A stretch of 64,000 bases of DNA from Octopus vulgaris (GCA_951406725.2 OX597817.1:84940001-85004000), one strand, 5' to 3'. Positions 26,267 to 39,925 are shown, counted from the first letter of the stretch. Numbers and translations: made by a program. The notes: generated by a model from the sequence alone, not told the origin.

Positions 26267-26389
26267 GAGAGAGAAGAAAAATGAAAATCATAGTCTTGCA
26301 AGCTGCATGATAACTTCACTAGGAATAATATAATCATGCACTAATTTAAAATTAATTCAAAAAGTCAAAATTAATAAGTTTCACCATCA

Positions 26390-26680
26390 AGATCTAATGG
26401 GTCCAAGGATTGCATCATGCTCCAATGTCTGCTTTAACATGGTTTCTACACCTTGATGGCCTTCCAAATGCCAACCACCTCCAAGAGTGTACTGGGTGGT
26501 GTTTTTCATTCTACCACCACTAGTGAAGTTATCATGCAGCTTGCAAGACTATGAACTCTGAGGAAGCAGTGGATTTATGCTAGGAGAAGGGTTAAAGTAT
26601 GAGGGAAAAGGCCAGAACAGAACAGGTTTCTTAATATAGAGGAGCTATATGTCTACTCAAATTTTAGAAGAGAAGGCCTG
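26390..26680 (-). mobile_element. RTE-tail-related repeat, same subfamily as 39000-39300
   Basis: Shared ACTAGTGA.GT.ATCATGCAGCTTGCAA...GGCCAGA.CAGAACA.GTTTCTT..TAGAGGAGCTA sequence. Confidence 0.65.
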
Positions 26681-26737
26681 TGTGATTTATTAAAAACCAA
26701 CTTTACAAAAATTTAAGAAAAAAGAGTATTTACTCAC

Positions 26738-26866
26738 ATAATTTCTCCTAAGATCTGGATGATCTCTTTCAATCCCATCATCTAGAATAGTTACAACAAC
26801 GCCTTGTCCTGTATAACCTCTTTCCCAGGCTCTTCTAACATTCATATCAAGACCATGTCCACGATT
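26738..26866 (-). CDS. FURIN: Furin-like exon with catalytic Asp (NRGHGLDMNVRRAWERGYTGQGVVVTILDDGIERDHPDLRRNY)
   Basis: 129 nt, atag| and |GTGAGT. Contains the VTILDDG subtilase Asp motif. Confidence 0.96.
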
Positions 26867-26972
26867 CTATAAGAAAGATATTAAAAGAAATTTTGGAAAT
26901 TTATCACACTTGAAATTAAATTTTTCAAGCAGAAACTAATCTATGAACGAATACTTTAAAATTTAAACTTAC

Positions 26973-27062
26973 CAAATACCACATCATATTCCACTTTGGG
27001 TCGTTAAAGTTAACATTTCTTTTGACTCTGTGTTTTGAAATTTGTTGCTCTATCCATTTCAC
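26973..27062 (-). CDS. FURIN: Furin-like exon with prodomain autocleavage site (VKWIEQQISKHRVKR|NVNFNDPKWNMMWYL)
   Basis: 90 nt, AG/GT, phase 0/0. R-X-K-R site followed by the NDPKW..WYL motif. Confidence 0.95.
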
Positions 27063-27423
27063 CTTTAAAAATATAGTTAAAAAATAAATATATACATACC
27101 ATTTGAAATGTCAAACTATTAAAAAAGTAAAAAAAGTTAAACATATCAAGACACTTATTTCTGAACATTCTTAAAAAAAGGTATGATTATATAAATAAAA
27201 TATATATTTTCAAACTAATTTTAAAATCTGTTAGAAATCTTCAGTATAGGAAATATAAATGAAGTTCACTACCACCTGAAATATTTTCCAATCAAAATTG
27301 CTTGAATAATAAGAAATTGTGAGTTCAACAGGATTTGTAAAAACCTTCAAAACTATAAAAGGAGTTTGAACTTAAATGCTAGTAGAATATTTGTCAAGTG
27401 ATAAATTCTGCATTTTAATATAT

Positions 27424-27652
27424 TTAATTCTTTTGATACCAACCTACCTGAAACTGCCCTTGATTCTATGATACAAATGCCCCCTCTTAAAATGATCTTA
27501 ATTAAAACCTTTCATCAGAATTTCATGTTAATTTATGTTCCAAACACCAGTTTGATAGTGACAAAATCATTTTAACAAATCCTTTATTATTTTCAAAGCT
27601 AATTGAAACAAAGACTGTATTTTCAACAGACATATAATAACAAAAGATTTAT
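27424..27652 (+). mobile_element. ~225-bp MITE with TTAA-like ends (piggyBac-type)
   Basis: Related copies at ~29905-30118 (ends TAACAAAAGGGTTAA) and 48637-48857. Confidence 0.65.
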
Positions 27653-27801
27653 AGAAAAGTGCAGCAAATACTTGTCACACAGCCAAAAGTGTATTGCACA
27701 CAGATGGATTCAAAGGATTCCCTCAAAAATGAAAACTAGTTTATTAACCCTTAAACAGTGAGTTGCATGAATGTATGCCAAACCCTCTCTCTCTCTCTCT
27801 C

Positions 27802-27843
<42 letters not shown>

Positions 27844-28052
27844 CAATTAAGGACTGAACACGAAAAGTGGACAGTCAACATGCTAGATATAGATGTCAAA
27901 TCGTCATTCTCCACAAAGATTATGTTCTCAAATCAAACTCAGCACAGTTTGTGCTGAGTTTGATTTGAGAACATAATCTTTGTGGAGAATGGCGATTTGA
28001 CATCTATATCTAGCATGCTGACTGTCCACTTTTCGTGTTCAGTCCTTAATTG
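27844..28052. repeat. 103-bp near-perfect inverted repeat with 3-nt loop, between (TA)n runs
   Basis: Arms 27844-27946 and 27950-28052 match at 101/103 positions. (TA)n at ~27806-27839 and ~28146-28193. Confidence 0.97.
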
Positions 28053-28137
28053 GTATATATAAATATTTTAATCTTTGAATTTTTTTTAATATGCTAGACC
28101 ACTGGTTTTAATTGATAAATATCAATTTCTACCCTTA

Positions 28138-28195
<58 letters not shown>

Positions 28196-29114
28196 CTTTT
28201 TTTCTTAAGGGCAATTTTCATACTTTCACTTTAAGTACAAAACTATGAAAATGATATTTTAACTTTCTTAGATTATAAAAATAAAGACAAAAGGGGTAAA
28301 ATTCATTTGAGATTCTTGCATTGTTGATGTCAAACTAACGTACAAATGGAGAAAAATCAGTGCACTTTTCTATCCAGAGCTGTACATAGACAATATTATC
28401 TACCATAGAGTATCCATTATCATGCATACTGACATGGACAATAGCAGTGAAAAAGTACTTCTATTCAAAAGAATGTCAGGTCAGGGATCTCATCACAGGC
28501 TGATGAGACCTGCTGGTACCTTGTAAACCAGTAGTACCTGCTCTATGGTCAGATGGTTGGTAACTAAACTGGCTTGCTACTTTTGTGAGAAGGTATCTAG
28601 ACACCCAGCAGGACTACAACAACTAAAACACAACTATATTCATTCTTATTATTTCTTAGTATTTTGGGTTTTTTTTCTTAGAAACAAAGCAGTTTTATAT
28701 TTTCTTACCATTTTTTATTGGTGAGAATAATAGCTATTGAATAATTTCTTAAACTGTAAAGTAACAAATAATTATCCCAACTCATTATGGGCCAACAACC
28801 ATCCAGTTGGGGAAGACAATGGCAAATTACCCTAATATTTTTGCCTTAAAAACACTATGAGAATGTCAGAATGAAGTCATGCTTCGGCTTCATCCAATGG
28901 GAGAACTCATGCTTCATTGGACAGACTTTCATTGCAGTATATGAACACACTGTAAAACAATGATGATTCAATAGAAAGCTTTCATTCATTAATACTACTA
29001 ATTTATTGTTAACTAACAGTTGTCTCATTTGCTTTATTGCTTTGAACTTGATTATGTTGCCTCCAAATAAATCCATTCAAAATAATTCTATAAATTCTGT
29101 GTAACTTTACTCTT

Positions 29115-29490
29115 GTAACTCTTTTATTTATTTCTGTCATTTGACTGCAGCCATGCTGGAGCACTGCTTTAAATGGTTTTTAGTTGAAGAAATCAACCCC
29201 AGGACATTCTTTGTAAGCCTAGTACTTATTCAATTGGTCCCTTTTACTGGGACATAAGCACACCAACATTGGTTGTCAAGTGATGGAAGGAGGCAAACAC
29301 ATACACACATAAATATACACACACACACATACATACATATGGTGGGCTTCTTTCAGTTTCCGTCTATCAAATCCTCTCAGAAGGCTTTGGTCGGCCTGAG
29401 AATATAGTAAAAAACACCTGCTAAAGGTGCCATGCAGTGGCACTGAACCTGGAACCTGGGAAACAAGTTTCTTGCCACACAGCCACGCTT
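29115..29490 (-). mobile_element. Family-A SINE, near full length
   Basis: Head GCGTGGCTGTGTGGCAAGAA..GGTTCAGTGCCACTGCATGGCAC through tail GCTCCAGCATGGCTGCAGTCAAATGAC. Confidence 0.85.
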
Positions 29491-30270
29491 GATTATTTTC
29501 CACAAGTCTTGTTGTTCAAAATCACATACCTCTAGAACAAATACCCTACTTATCTACAATTTACTTCGAAAACTCAAAATCCACCAAATTACCATTATCC
29601 TACTACTGTGTAAGAAAGCCTTAAAAATATGTAGGAATTTCTTCTCACCCAGCTTATTAATTTAATGAAAAAAGTCTGAAACAAAAACTTCATATTTTGA
29701 AACACTACAAGTTTGATTTTATAAGTCATTAGTGTACTAGGTTTTGATTAGGAACTTCTTATTTTGAAAATTTTTATCACCCATTCACTGCCAGTGAATG
29801 ATCAAAAATGGTTGCCACAAAAGTCAATGATGTTCAATCCAAATTGAGATACTTCAACAGAAATACCCTATGGAATTGTATAATGCAAAAGAACAGTGAA
29901 GTTTTTGATATCAGTCTGCATGAGAGCAGCCAAGGTTTCAGGATAGAAACTACAGGTTTTAATGTGATCTAATACAGAAGCTTCTTTCAAAATTTTATGT
30001 TAATTCATGCTCTGAACACCAGCTTAATACAGACAAAATTATTTGACTAAATTCTCCATTATTTACAAACTTAATTGAAACAAAAGTAGTGTATTTCAAC
30101 AATAACAAAAGGGTTAATGATAGCATGTATTTTTGATCATAAACATACTAAAAACTTAAAAGTTAACCATTCAAACTCTACAAAACATAGTAAAGTTCTG
30201 AAATGACAGTTTCAAAATGTCAGGAATTATATTAGAGAAGAAGTGTTTATTTAATATAAAAAGCTGCTAC

Positions 30271-30578
30271 AAGCAGGTGTAACTGTGAGGTAAGAAGCTT
30301 GCTTCCCAACTACATGGTTCTGAAAGAAGCCTGTCCTATATATATGTATGTATTTAAGTGTGTGTGTCTTTGTGTCTGTGTTTGTTCGCCCCACCATCAC
30401 TTGACAACCAATGTTGGTGTGTTTATGTCCTCATAACTTAGCAGTTCAGCATAAGAGACCGATAGAATAAGTACTAGGCTTACAAAGAATAAGTCCTGGG
30501 GTCGATTTCTTTGACTAAAACCCTTTAAGGTGGTGCTCTAGCATGGTCGCAGTCAAATGACAAGTAAAACAACAAAAG
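30271..30578 (+). mobile_element. Family-A SINE with internal deletion
   Basis: GCAGGTGTAACTGTGAGGTAAGAAGCTTGCTTCCCAAC head and GATAGAATAAGTACTAGGCTTACAAAGAATAAGTCCTGGGGTCGA tail. Confidence 0.85.
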
Positions 30579-32187
30579 AAAAGAAAAGCAAGTAGTGTGT
30601 GAAAAACATTTATCTTAAAGATCCCAGTGATAAGAAGAGCAAGACAATGAATATTGTACCTTGACAATTGAGTAAAATACAAAAGAACACACACTTGCAT
30701 AAAAAGAAAAAAACCTCTTGAAAATATGAAGCCTAAATCAGAGTTTGCAAAATTGAATAAGTTTGTGTACTGTGAGAAGAGAGGAAGTTAGAATGAGAAA
30801 TGTTTTGTATGTTTGCAAATAAGGTTGAAGAGCCTAAAAGAGATGTCCCAGCAAACTGGTTGACAATAAAGGATCACAAACCAAAAGGAAAAGAGAGAGA
30901 CAATGTTAAGAGGTTGATGAATCTTTCTATCTCTACATACATGCATACAAAGATACACTGACACACAACACAATATAAATTTGCTTGTGTACTGACAAAA
31001 GCCTGTATTTGAAATAGAGGCAAATAGTAGGGAAAGTGCAGAATTATTAAAGTATGCAAGAGTCTTCCAGATGTAGTCAACGTAATTTCACAAACAAAGC
31101 AGTTCCTCTGAAGTGAAATAACTACCCAAACTAAGTCGACTCATCTACTGCAAAAGTTGTAGAGGAATAACTTTAGTACATACAATGAGGATGTCATTCC
31201 ACAAGATGTTACTGAGATAGGTTCAATTTTTATAAAGAAGCATGAGGTTGAAACAGTTGAAATTTAGATTAGTTAGCATTGCTAGTATTTACAAAATCAA
31301 TACTTATTCATTGGTAATATCATACACAGAGTAAAAATTGTCCATGAAATTGTGTCAGAAAGTGGCCACTATAACTAATATTGAAATACTACTACTATTT
31401 CAATGTCAATTACACACAACACTATAAAGGTACACAAACCAATAAGGGAACTTCTATGTGGTGGTTTGATATGCTAGAAATAGCAGCCAAGTGTCCCTGA
31501 AATCAAATCTACATCTTTGACAAGGAAAGATGCATTGGATAATATACTACTGAATACCTACCTCTAAAAGATGAAATATCCATAGCTGGAATGTTTTTGA
31601 TCACAGTTCAGTTAGACTTAACATAGTTATTGTTAAAGAGGAGTTATGCTTCTCCAGAGTGAATACATTATGCAGAGTAAAGTTAATTATCCTGTAGGAG
31701 AATGATGGTATAAGACAATGAATAAGGAGATGGTATTACACAAACTATAACTGTGTTATTAAGAATATGAGGTTAAATTTTTTTTACCATAACCAGAATA
31801 GTAGTCATTGCTTAGCCACCCGCAGATTGGTTACTAGTGAAGTTAGGCACAAATATAATGGCGAGCAATATTTAAATCATAATCACTCTCAAGATTGCCG
31901 AGAGTAGTTTATTACCCAGCCATGAAGATCAATATAAAAACTGTCTCTTCTTTAATATTATTTTATCACTGTTAAAATGTAACGTGCATAAGATAGTTGA
32001 GACTCTTATTGAAAAAAAAAATAATGAATTTATCATCAAACAGGCTTTTCAAAAGTCAGTGGCATTTCACTTGGTTGGACCAATAACAACTTTATATATG
32101 GTGATGAATGATAATCTGGCATTTATTTTCTACTGCTTCAAAGTACTTCTAGTCATGATAGGTGATGCTGATGTTTAAAAGTGAAAT

Positions 32188-32612
32188 ATCATCATCATCA
32201 TTTAACATTTTCCATGGCATGGGTTGGATAGATTGACAGGAAGCGGCAATGCCAGGAGACACACCAAGTTCCATAGTCTGTTTTGGCTTGGTTTCTACAG
32301 CTGAATGCCCTTCCTAATGCTAACAGCTTTACAGAGTTTACTGGGTGCGTTTTACATGACACAACCACCAGTGCTTTTTATGTGGCACCAGCACCCAGAC
32401 CAATGCTTTTTCTTTTATGTGGCACCTTGGTTTCAAAGTATCAATTCTGTTGTGGTGAGTGGGTCTTCTTGAGAACAGTAATGCACCACATATCTCGGTC
32501 TTTTATCATCTCCTTTGTAAGGTTCATCGTTTTGAGATGTGCCATCAATACTTCATCCCATGTCTTCCTGGGTTTCCCTCTTCCACAACTTCCCTCCACT
32601 TTCAGCAGAATA
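32188..32612 (-). mobile_element. RTE LINE 3' end
   Basis: (CAT)n tail at 32188-32201. Minus strand reads VEGSCGRGKPRKTWDEVL. Confidence 0.75.
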
Positions 32613-33719
32613 CATTTAATCAGAGATCAAAAGGATATGTTCAAATTGCCAATGCCACTGACAAGGGTCAAAAAAACAAAACAACAAAAAATCATTTTGT
32701 AATACAAATCTTTGCAAAAATCTTTCCGTTTGGTGTCAGAATTTGACTAAAATCCAGAAAGTATGTTAAGAAAATAAAGAAACATTTACATCAGCTTTCT
32801 CAGTGCAACTTCAGTCGACTGCCTGACAGTCTCCTCTTCAATTTATAAATCAATAGAAACTTAAGTCACTGAAGTTGATCTTGTATATTATATTATGCAC
32901 TTTTCCCTTCAAATTCTATTGACACCTTTCTAATTTCCTAATAATTTTTTAATCCCCTGTGTATTTTCAACCGCTTGGCTCTAAGTTACTATTTTCAAAA
33001 ACATTGATTTAGAAATATAAGGATAAAAGTAAAGGAGAAATTGGAAAATGTTTATCTTCTACAGAATAGTGGAAAGGAAAAACTAATGCAATTTGTACGG
33101 CAGTTCTACATGAGTGCGTGACACAAATACACACACACATATATAGAGAGAGAGAACAAGTTTAGCAATCAAAGAGTTGTATTACATTGCTAAAATATCT
33201 ACTTTTAAGATAGAAATGAAAAATAAATAAGTAAATAAATATGACATTTAAAAAAATTAAAAGAATGCGCATATGGCATGCATAATAGAAATTTAGTAAG
33301 AGATTAGAAATTACAATTGTAGTTTAAATGAGATCTTATTGAACAAGGAATGAAAAGTATGCAGTATAATTGTACAATTAGAAGTAATGATTGGAGTAGA
33401 TATGAAAATGGATAAGGAAGTGAAGTTGAATTTATAAAGAAATGTAATTATACCATGATAGCACAGCATATTGAAGTTCAATTTCTTTATGAATTCTTAA
33501 AATTGAACTACTACAATTTCTGGTACTACACTCTTTTCTCAAACAGACAACTGCCAAAACACAATTCTACATTCATTCCTTTTATAGCAATTAATTTTTT
33601 TTTAAAAAGCAGCTTTATATTTTTTTGGTACTTTTTTTTAATGGTGAGAATAACAGCTATTGAATAATTCCTTAAACTGTAAAGTAACAAATAATTATCC
33701 CAGTTAAGACATTTTCCTA

Positions 33720-34100
33720 CCAGGCAAGATGTTTGGTTTAAAAGCTAGCTTTCCAACTGTGTGGCTTCAGGTTCAGTCTCATTATGTGGTACCCTGAGTA
33801 AGAGTCTTCTACTGTAGCTCCAGGCTAACCAAAGTGTTGTGAGTGGATTTGATAGACAAGAACTGAGAGAAGCCTAATGTGTGTGTGTGTAAACCTTGAC
33901 CTGTGAATGAGCATCACCATCAAGTGATGTTTGTTTCTAGACAACCATAAAAATCATGTCTGGCCATAGGCAAATATATTGCTTATGCATAGATGAAGGT
34001 TGGCAACAGAAAGGGCATAGAGTTGCAGGAAAGCTGCCTCAATAAACTCCAACTGACCCATGCAAGCATTTATAAGTGGATGGTAAAACAATGATGAGGT
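33720..34100 (+). mobile_element. Family-A SINE head joined to an RTE-like tail
   Basis: CAGGTTCAGTCTCA..GAGTCTTCTACTGTAGC..GTGAGTGGATTTG head and AAGGGCAT..GACCCATGCAAGCAT tail. Similar to 53845-54120. Confidence 0.55.
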
Positions 34101-35390
34101 AAAAACTGATAATATAATTCCAAATATAATATGAAAGAATGAACAATATCCTGCCAGCTATAATATTTGTAATTTGCATGTTTTTTTTATAATGACAAAA
34201 TGCTATTTTTTTTTATGGTGGTGCTGCTGATAATTATACAGCCTATCATATTGTTATATAACATGTATTTGTTTGATAACCCTAGTTTATGATACATTAC
34301 TGTAATATCTGAAGTAATTGTAATTGACTGAAGTACTTATGCCATTATAGGGAGACACTTCATTTCAAAATGCTTAGCAACACAGATAAGAGAAAAAAAA
34401 CCCTGGCGTAGGAAAATAGAGCTAAAATTGGTTGGAATAAAATCATTTTTTTAGTAAAGACCTTAAAAAAAAGTTCTTCAGAAGAGTTGTAAGGTCAATC
34501 TAATTCTTTCCCCTTCTACCTGCCATACTAATATTTATCACAAATTCATCCTTGTTCCATTCACCTTTATATTCATTTCTAACCATCTGTCACTCTCCTC
34601 TAACATTCTAAAGAATGTGTCCACCAATTATTCCCAATCTTCTGTCCCTTTTCACTCTTATACTCACCTTCCTGTATCTTGAGAGTATGTTACGATACCT
34701 CCTCACCACCATCTTTGTCTTCTTTCCAATACTCCCTCCTACTCTCATAAAATGCAGAGTAACCATGTATCTCCTCTTTAACAAAATACCTATGTCTGTC
34801 TCTCCATCACACTTTAGCCTCTTAACACCTGGCTCTACTACAACACCACTCAGTTGAAGGTATTTTCTTTGTCTTATAGGTTGCTTGGCAACCTCTCTAG
34901 TGCTGGAGTCACAAAAAAAGCACCCTACACACTTAGTAAAGTGGTTAGCATTAAGAAGGGTATCCAGCTATAGAACCCATGCTAATACTGAAGCTCAATA
35001 AAAACTTTTAGTTCATTGGATCCTGTTAAACCATCTAACCCATAATAGCAGGGAAGATAAATGTTTGCTGCGAATACATAAACACATATACACACACAAA
35101 TATATATATATATATATATATATAAATAATCATTGTCATTTAATCTTCTTTTTCATGCTGGCATGGGTTGGATGGTTTGATAAGAGCTGGCTAGGCAGAA
35201 AACCACACCATGCTTCACTGTCTGTTTATATAGTTGGACACCCTTCCTAACACAAACAACCCTGCAGAGTGGACTGAGTGCTTTTTACATGGCACCAACG
35301 GAGGTCAGTTTTGGCATGCTTTTTACAGCTGATTGCCCTTCTTAACACTAACCACTTTACAAAGAAAATAGGTGGCACAGAGCCTAAGTG

Positions 35391-35429
<39 letters not shown>

Positions 35430-36151
35430 AGAATAGTATTGATGATGACTTTGAACTTTTGGCTGGCTAAGCCAATATCAAACTGTCAGATTAATGTAAA
35501 GTTATTTTTATTATAATTGGACATAAAAACAAACATGTATGTGTGTGTGTGTATGAATGCCAAGAAACTAAACATGTAGATTGCAAGCAATACATGACTA
35601 AACTTTAGGTGAAGAAATGAAAGTGCCACAAGAAAAAAATAGTATAAATAAGTCATACTACATAATACGGTTGGAAAATAATTTTTAATGTAAGTACAAA
35701 GCCACATATTTTGGAGATGAAGGTAATGATTATTTTCTTCCAGCTTATGACTGGTTCTTATTTATGCTTGTAAAGTCAATCTCAGTTGAATTTGAACTCA
35801 CTATGTTAATGGCTATAACTAGATATGACACTATAGTTATTCAGTATTTTGCTGCTTCTGCCAATCTCTATCATTGAAAACATTGTAATAACTGTAATTG
35901 GAAGAGAGTTAAAGAAAAACGTATAACTCTGGCCAGTAATACTGATTTAACAAACTTCAAAGTTAACTACTGTTTTAGAAATGAAGAAGGAAAAATATTT
36001 ATAAAAACTGAAATTTAAAACAAGTTAGAAAAGAAAGAAATAACTTAGAACTCTCAACAAGAAGCAGTCTTGTTTCATCTAAAGAATAACAAGTTTTTCT
36101 GCAAATGATTTTTTAGTGATTAAGTTACAGTACACAACCCAGCTGTTTATA

Positions 36152-36367
36152 CAGGGTGAAGCAGAACCCCTCCACCGCAATATGTTTTTCTGTTGTACTC
36201 TGCCACTAGTGAAATTAGGCAGGTGGCAGCAATGTTTTCATATAGCTAATGTTTTAGTACTTGTTTTTTCTCTTAGTTACCATCATGGTTTAGACTGTGC
36301 ATTTGCTGTTGAAAAATCTATCAAGAATGGTGAATCTGGGAGGGTTTTTTTTTTTTGCCACACCCTG
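36152..36367. mobile_element. 216-bp Tc1/mariner-type MITE
   Basis: TA|CAGGGTG...CACCCTG|TA ends with TA on both sides and subterminal CCCTCC/GGAGGG. Confidence 0.7.
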
Positions 36368-39300
36368 TAGATTATATATATCAAATTCATTTTAACTGGA
36401 TCCTACCTAGAAACAAAACACCATAACCTATTTTGTGTAATCCTATTTCTGAATGGATAGTTAAGATTTTGAAAGGCATTCATATGCATATGTGTGCATG
36501 AGTATACACACACACACACACACACACTTCAATACTACACATGAAATTTCTAGTTTACAAACCTACCCACATTTTGCCAGTACAGAAAAGTGCCTGTGAA
36601 TAAGTAGAACAGGAAAACAAAATCCCAAAATGTAAATTAGAAAGTTTTATGTTGCAGTAATGTTAGCACCTCCCTAAACCACTCAAGAACATTTTTCATT
36701 ATTGATATCCAACAGAGTTTGGTTAACGTCAGAATTAAGGAGTTCAGATCTATTAATTAAAAATGGTATTCTCCTAATGGTTATTTTTATTATTTAAAGA
36801 ATATTTTTGTATTCTTTTGTTGTACCTTGGAGGGTCTTATAAAACCATTCTGTCAATTGCAAAAAAAGTCATGACCTTTTATTTTTAGCCTTTATTGCAT
36901 AATGTTTACTCTAGAATCTGAAGTTGTTGATACTAAGCAGTCATGTTTGTGTATTTGACAAAAGATTTAGGCTCTTAGTTTCACATATAAACCTCTTATA
37001 TTTGTATATAGAGGAGAATCCCTATGCTGTTGTTAGCTGCTAGAAATACTAGCTAAATCCCTCTCAAATCCTACTCTCTTAAAAAGTGAATGAGTGTTTA
37101 AAGTGGTCCTAGGTTTATACTCTGTGAAAAAAATAAGGGTCATAGTTTGAGTGTCTGATCACTGGTATACAAGACCAAGTTTGAAAACAGATATTAAATA
37201 ATTTACAAACTCCTAAAGGTTCTTTTCTAGAAACTATAGACAAATGAGCAACAGTAGCAGCAACATTAGTTGTGATAGCAGATATTAAAAGATAGTTTTG
37301 TGAAGTGACAGTGAAATAATACATAGCAGAGGTAGACCAATTGCAGACACTGAAAGAAGTAATGTCAAATCTGAGGGTATTGGGCTTTTACAAGAAATTA
37401 TGTAGATCTGGGACAAATGAGGATACACTAGCAGAAGAAAAATTTTTCTTTAAATGTTTAATGCCTTATTATGCAATTCAGCTCTTGTACTTTTTTCTTT
37501 GAACCTGCTTTTTTAAAAAAAGAATTGTTTTATTTTTACATTTATATTTTTATATAGCAAAGGCATAACAGAACAATTAAGAAGTTCACTTTGCAACCAA
37601 GTAGTTTCAGGTTCAGACTTGGGCATCTATTGTAGCTTTGAGGGTAACTAACAGCTTGCAAATGAATTTAATAGATAGAAACTGTGTGGAAACGATGCAC
37701 AGGTGTGTGTTTACACACATGTCTGCATGCTTGTCTGTAACTTAGCAGCTTAGTAGAAAGAGTCCAATGGAATAAGCACAAGATTTCAAATAAACACCAG
37801 GATCAATTTCAGTGACTGATCCCTTTAAGGTGATATATCTTTCATCAGATTGTGTCTATACTGGGCCAAATCAATGAATGAAAGATACTGCAAACAGCTA
37901 TTGGCTTCAATGGTCCTAAAATGTTATGTTTTCAATACCATTTTTACTACATCACACAAACAAATATCACATAAAAATATTAATAATCACTTTCTATTAC
38001 ACAAGAAGTGTTAATACTGAAGTCATTAAATTCCCATATTTGGAAAAAATATTTAAATAAAAGCATTAGGATTTCAGTTTTTATCTTGCTTCTGCCTGCA
38101 CAAACAAACCAAGTTTGTAACATTTCATTTTGGTCAATTGACTGTCAAAATTTAGCTTTCACATGAACATCTACATTAAACCTAAAAACAAAATGGCACT
38201 TTGGATGAAATGCCATTAGACTGCGTTTGCATAAACATGTTGAACAGCACAAATAATGTGTTTTGTCAAAATTTTAAAAATAAACTACTTCAGACATTTT
38301 AAAATAAAAAAAAAAATAAAACAATAACACCTGAAGAGAAATGAAAATTCTAATAGGAAAGAAGAAGAAAAAATAGTAACATCTAAATACAATTCCAAAT
38401 AAAAGACCAATAGCTATTATGCTGGAGCTTTATGAAAGATTTTTCTGACTGTTATGCCAAACAAACATCTAAAATTTCTTTGAATTTGAAATTAAATTAG
38501 AAAGGAAATGATATGGCCCACTTTTGTGCTAAAAAAAAAAAAAACTATTAAAGAAATTTAACACTATAAAATTCAAAAGCATACTAGTTTCCAATTGTTT
38601 CATTCAAAAGCTAATATTTGAATCTTAATAACTGCAACAACTAGTGGTTTCATATGATTTATTATAGTTTCTATTGATTTCTAAAGCTTTCACAATTAAT
38701 TGAACTAAAGGAAAAAAAAAACTTTAAAAAAGAATCAAAGAAAACTAACAATCATGAAATTGACATTAATTATTTTTTTCCAGTTTGAATATCTTATTTG
38801 AAAATTACTCTTAAAAATAAAATATGAGAACTAAGTTCCTATTAGTTTTAAATTCATAAACAGGGACTTTTCATATTTTCCATTACAGATAATTATTAAA
38901 TAAAAATTGAGAAATATATTTATGAGCAATTACACAAATTTCTGGAATACTAGTTTGTTGTATCCATATAATTTATTGGTAAAAATGTTATGACACCATC
39001 ATCATTATTATAATGCCCATGTTCTGTGCTGGCATGGGTTTGAACTGTTTCAGTCCAAGGACATCATCATGCTCTACTGTCTACTTTGGCATGATTTCCT
39101 TCGCTGGATGCCCTTTCTAATGCCAACCACATTTACAGCATGTACTGGGTGCTTTTTTTGTGCCACTAACACTAGTGAGGTCATCATGCAGCTTGCAATA
39201 TTACAAACTCTGAGAGAGGTAGCTTTATGCTAGGAGGTGAGAAGTTAAATGCATGAAGGAAAGGGCCAGAGCAGAACAAGTTTCTTGATAGAGAGGAGCT

Positions 39301-39399
39301 ACTTGGTTACTTGTGCAGCTCCTCTACAACAAAAAAACCTGTTCTGCTTTCACTTCTTCTTTAACTTCTCATCTAGAATAATACAGTATTAATAAATTT

Positions 39400-39925
39400 A
39401 ATACATAAAATGTCTCAAAGTCTGACTGTGACAAAAAATTAACTTCAACCTGTTTTTCTTTAATAAATATAGAAACTCATGTGACTTTTTGATTAAACAG
39501 TGCAGCAATAACATTCCTGATTGAGTGGTAGGGATCAATAAGTTTGTCCCATATACAAAAGATACCAATAAAAAATCTCAGTTTTCAATCTTGGATTATT
39601 TTAGTCTGCTACTAAAGCTCATCATAGATAACGTGGTTATGTTTGAAAGCAACTTTGTTTTTCACATTAGCCATGTAGAATGTCACGAACGTAGGTCCAA
39701 GTGGGGAACCTATAACCACTTCATCCTTTTTGGTGCATATATCACCTTGTTCCGGATTTCTTGGTATAGCAGGTGGTTTTATTGTATGATGTGTGTACAC
39801 ATTAAACAAAACTTTATAATTTCCATTTATGGAACAGTAGTGAAAAGTCTTTTGACATTCATAGTAAAGAATGCTTTTTCAGTTAATTTAGAAATTAATA
39901 AAATTGTGTCAATGATACATTTTAA
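39400..39925 (-). mobile_element. Penelope-like element reverse-transcriptase fragment
   Basis: TMNVKRLFTTVP (SLDV.SLFTNVP) and GDICTKKDEVVIGSPLGPTFVTFYMANVKN (Y.Q.DG..MGSPLGP.FANFYM..LE). Confidence 0.8.
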
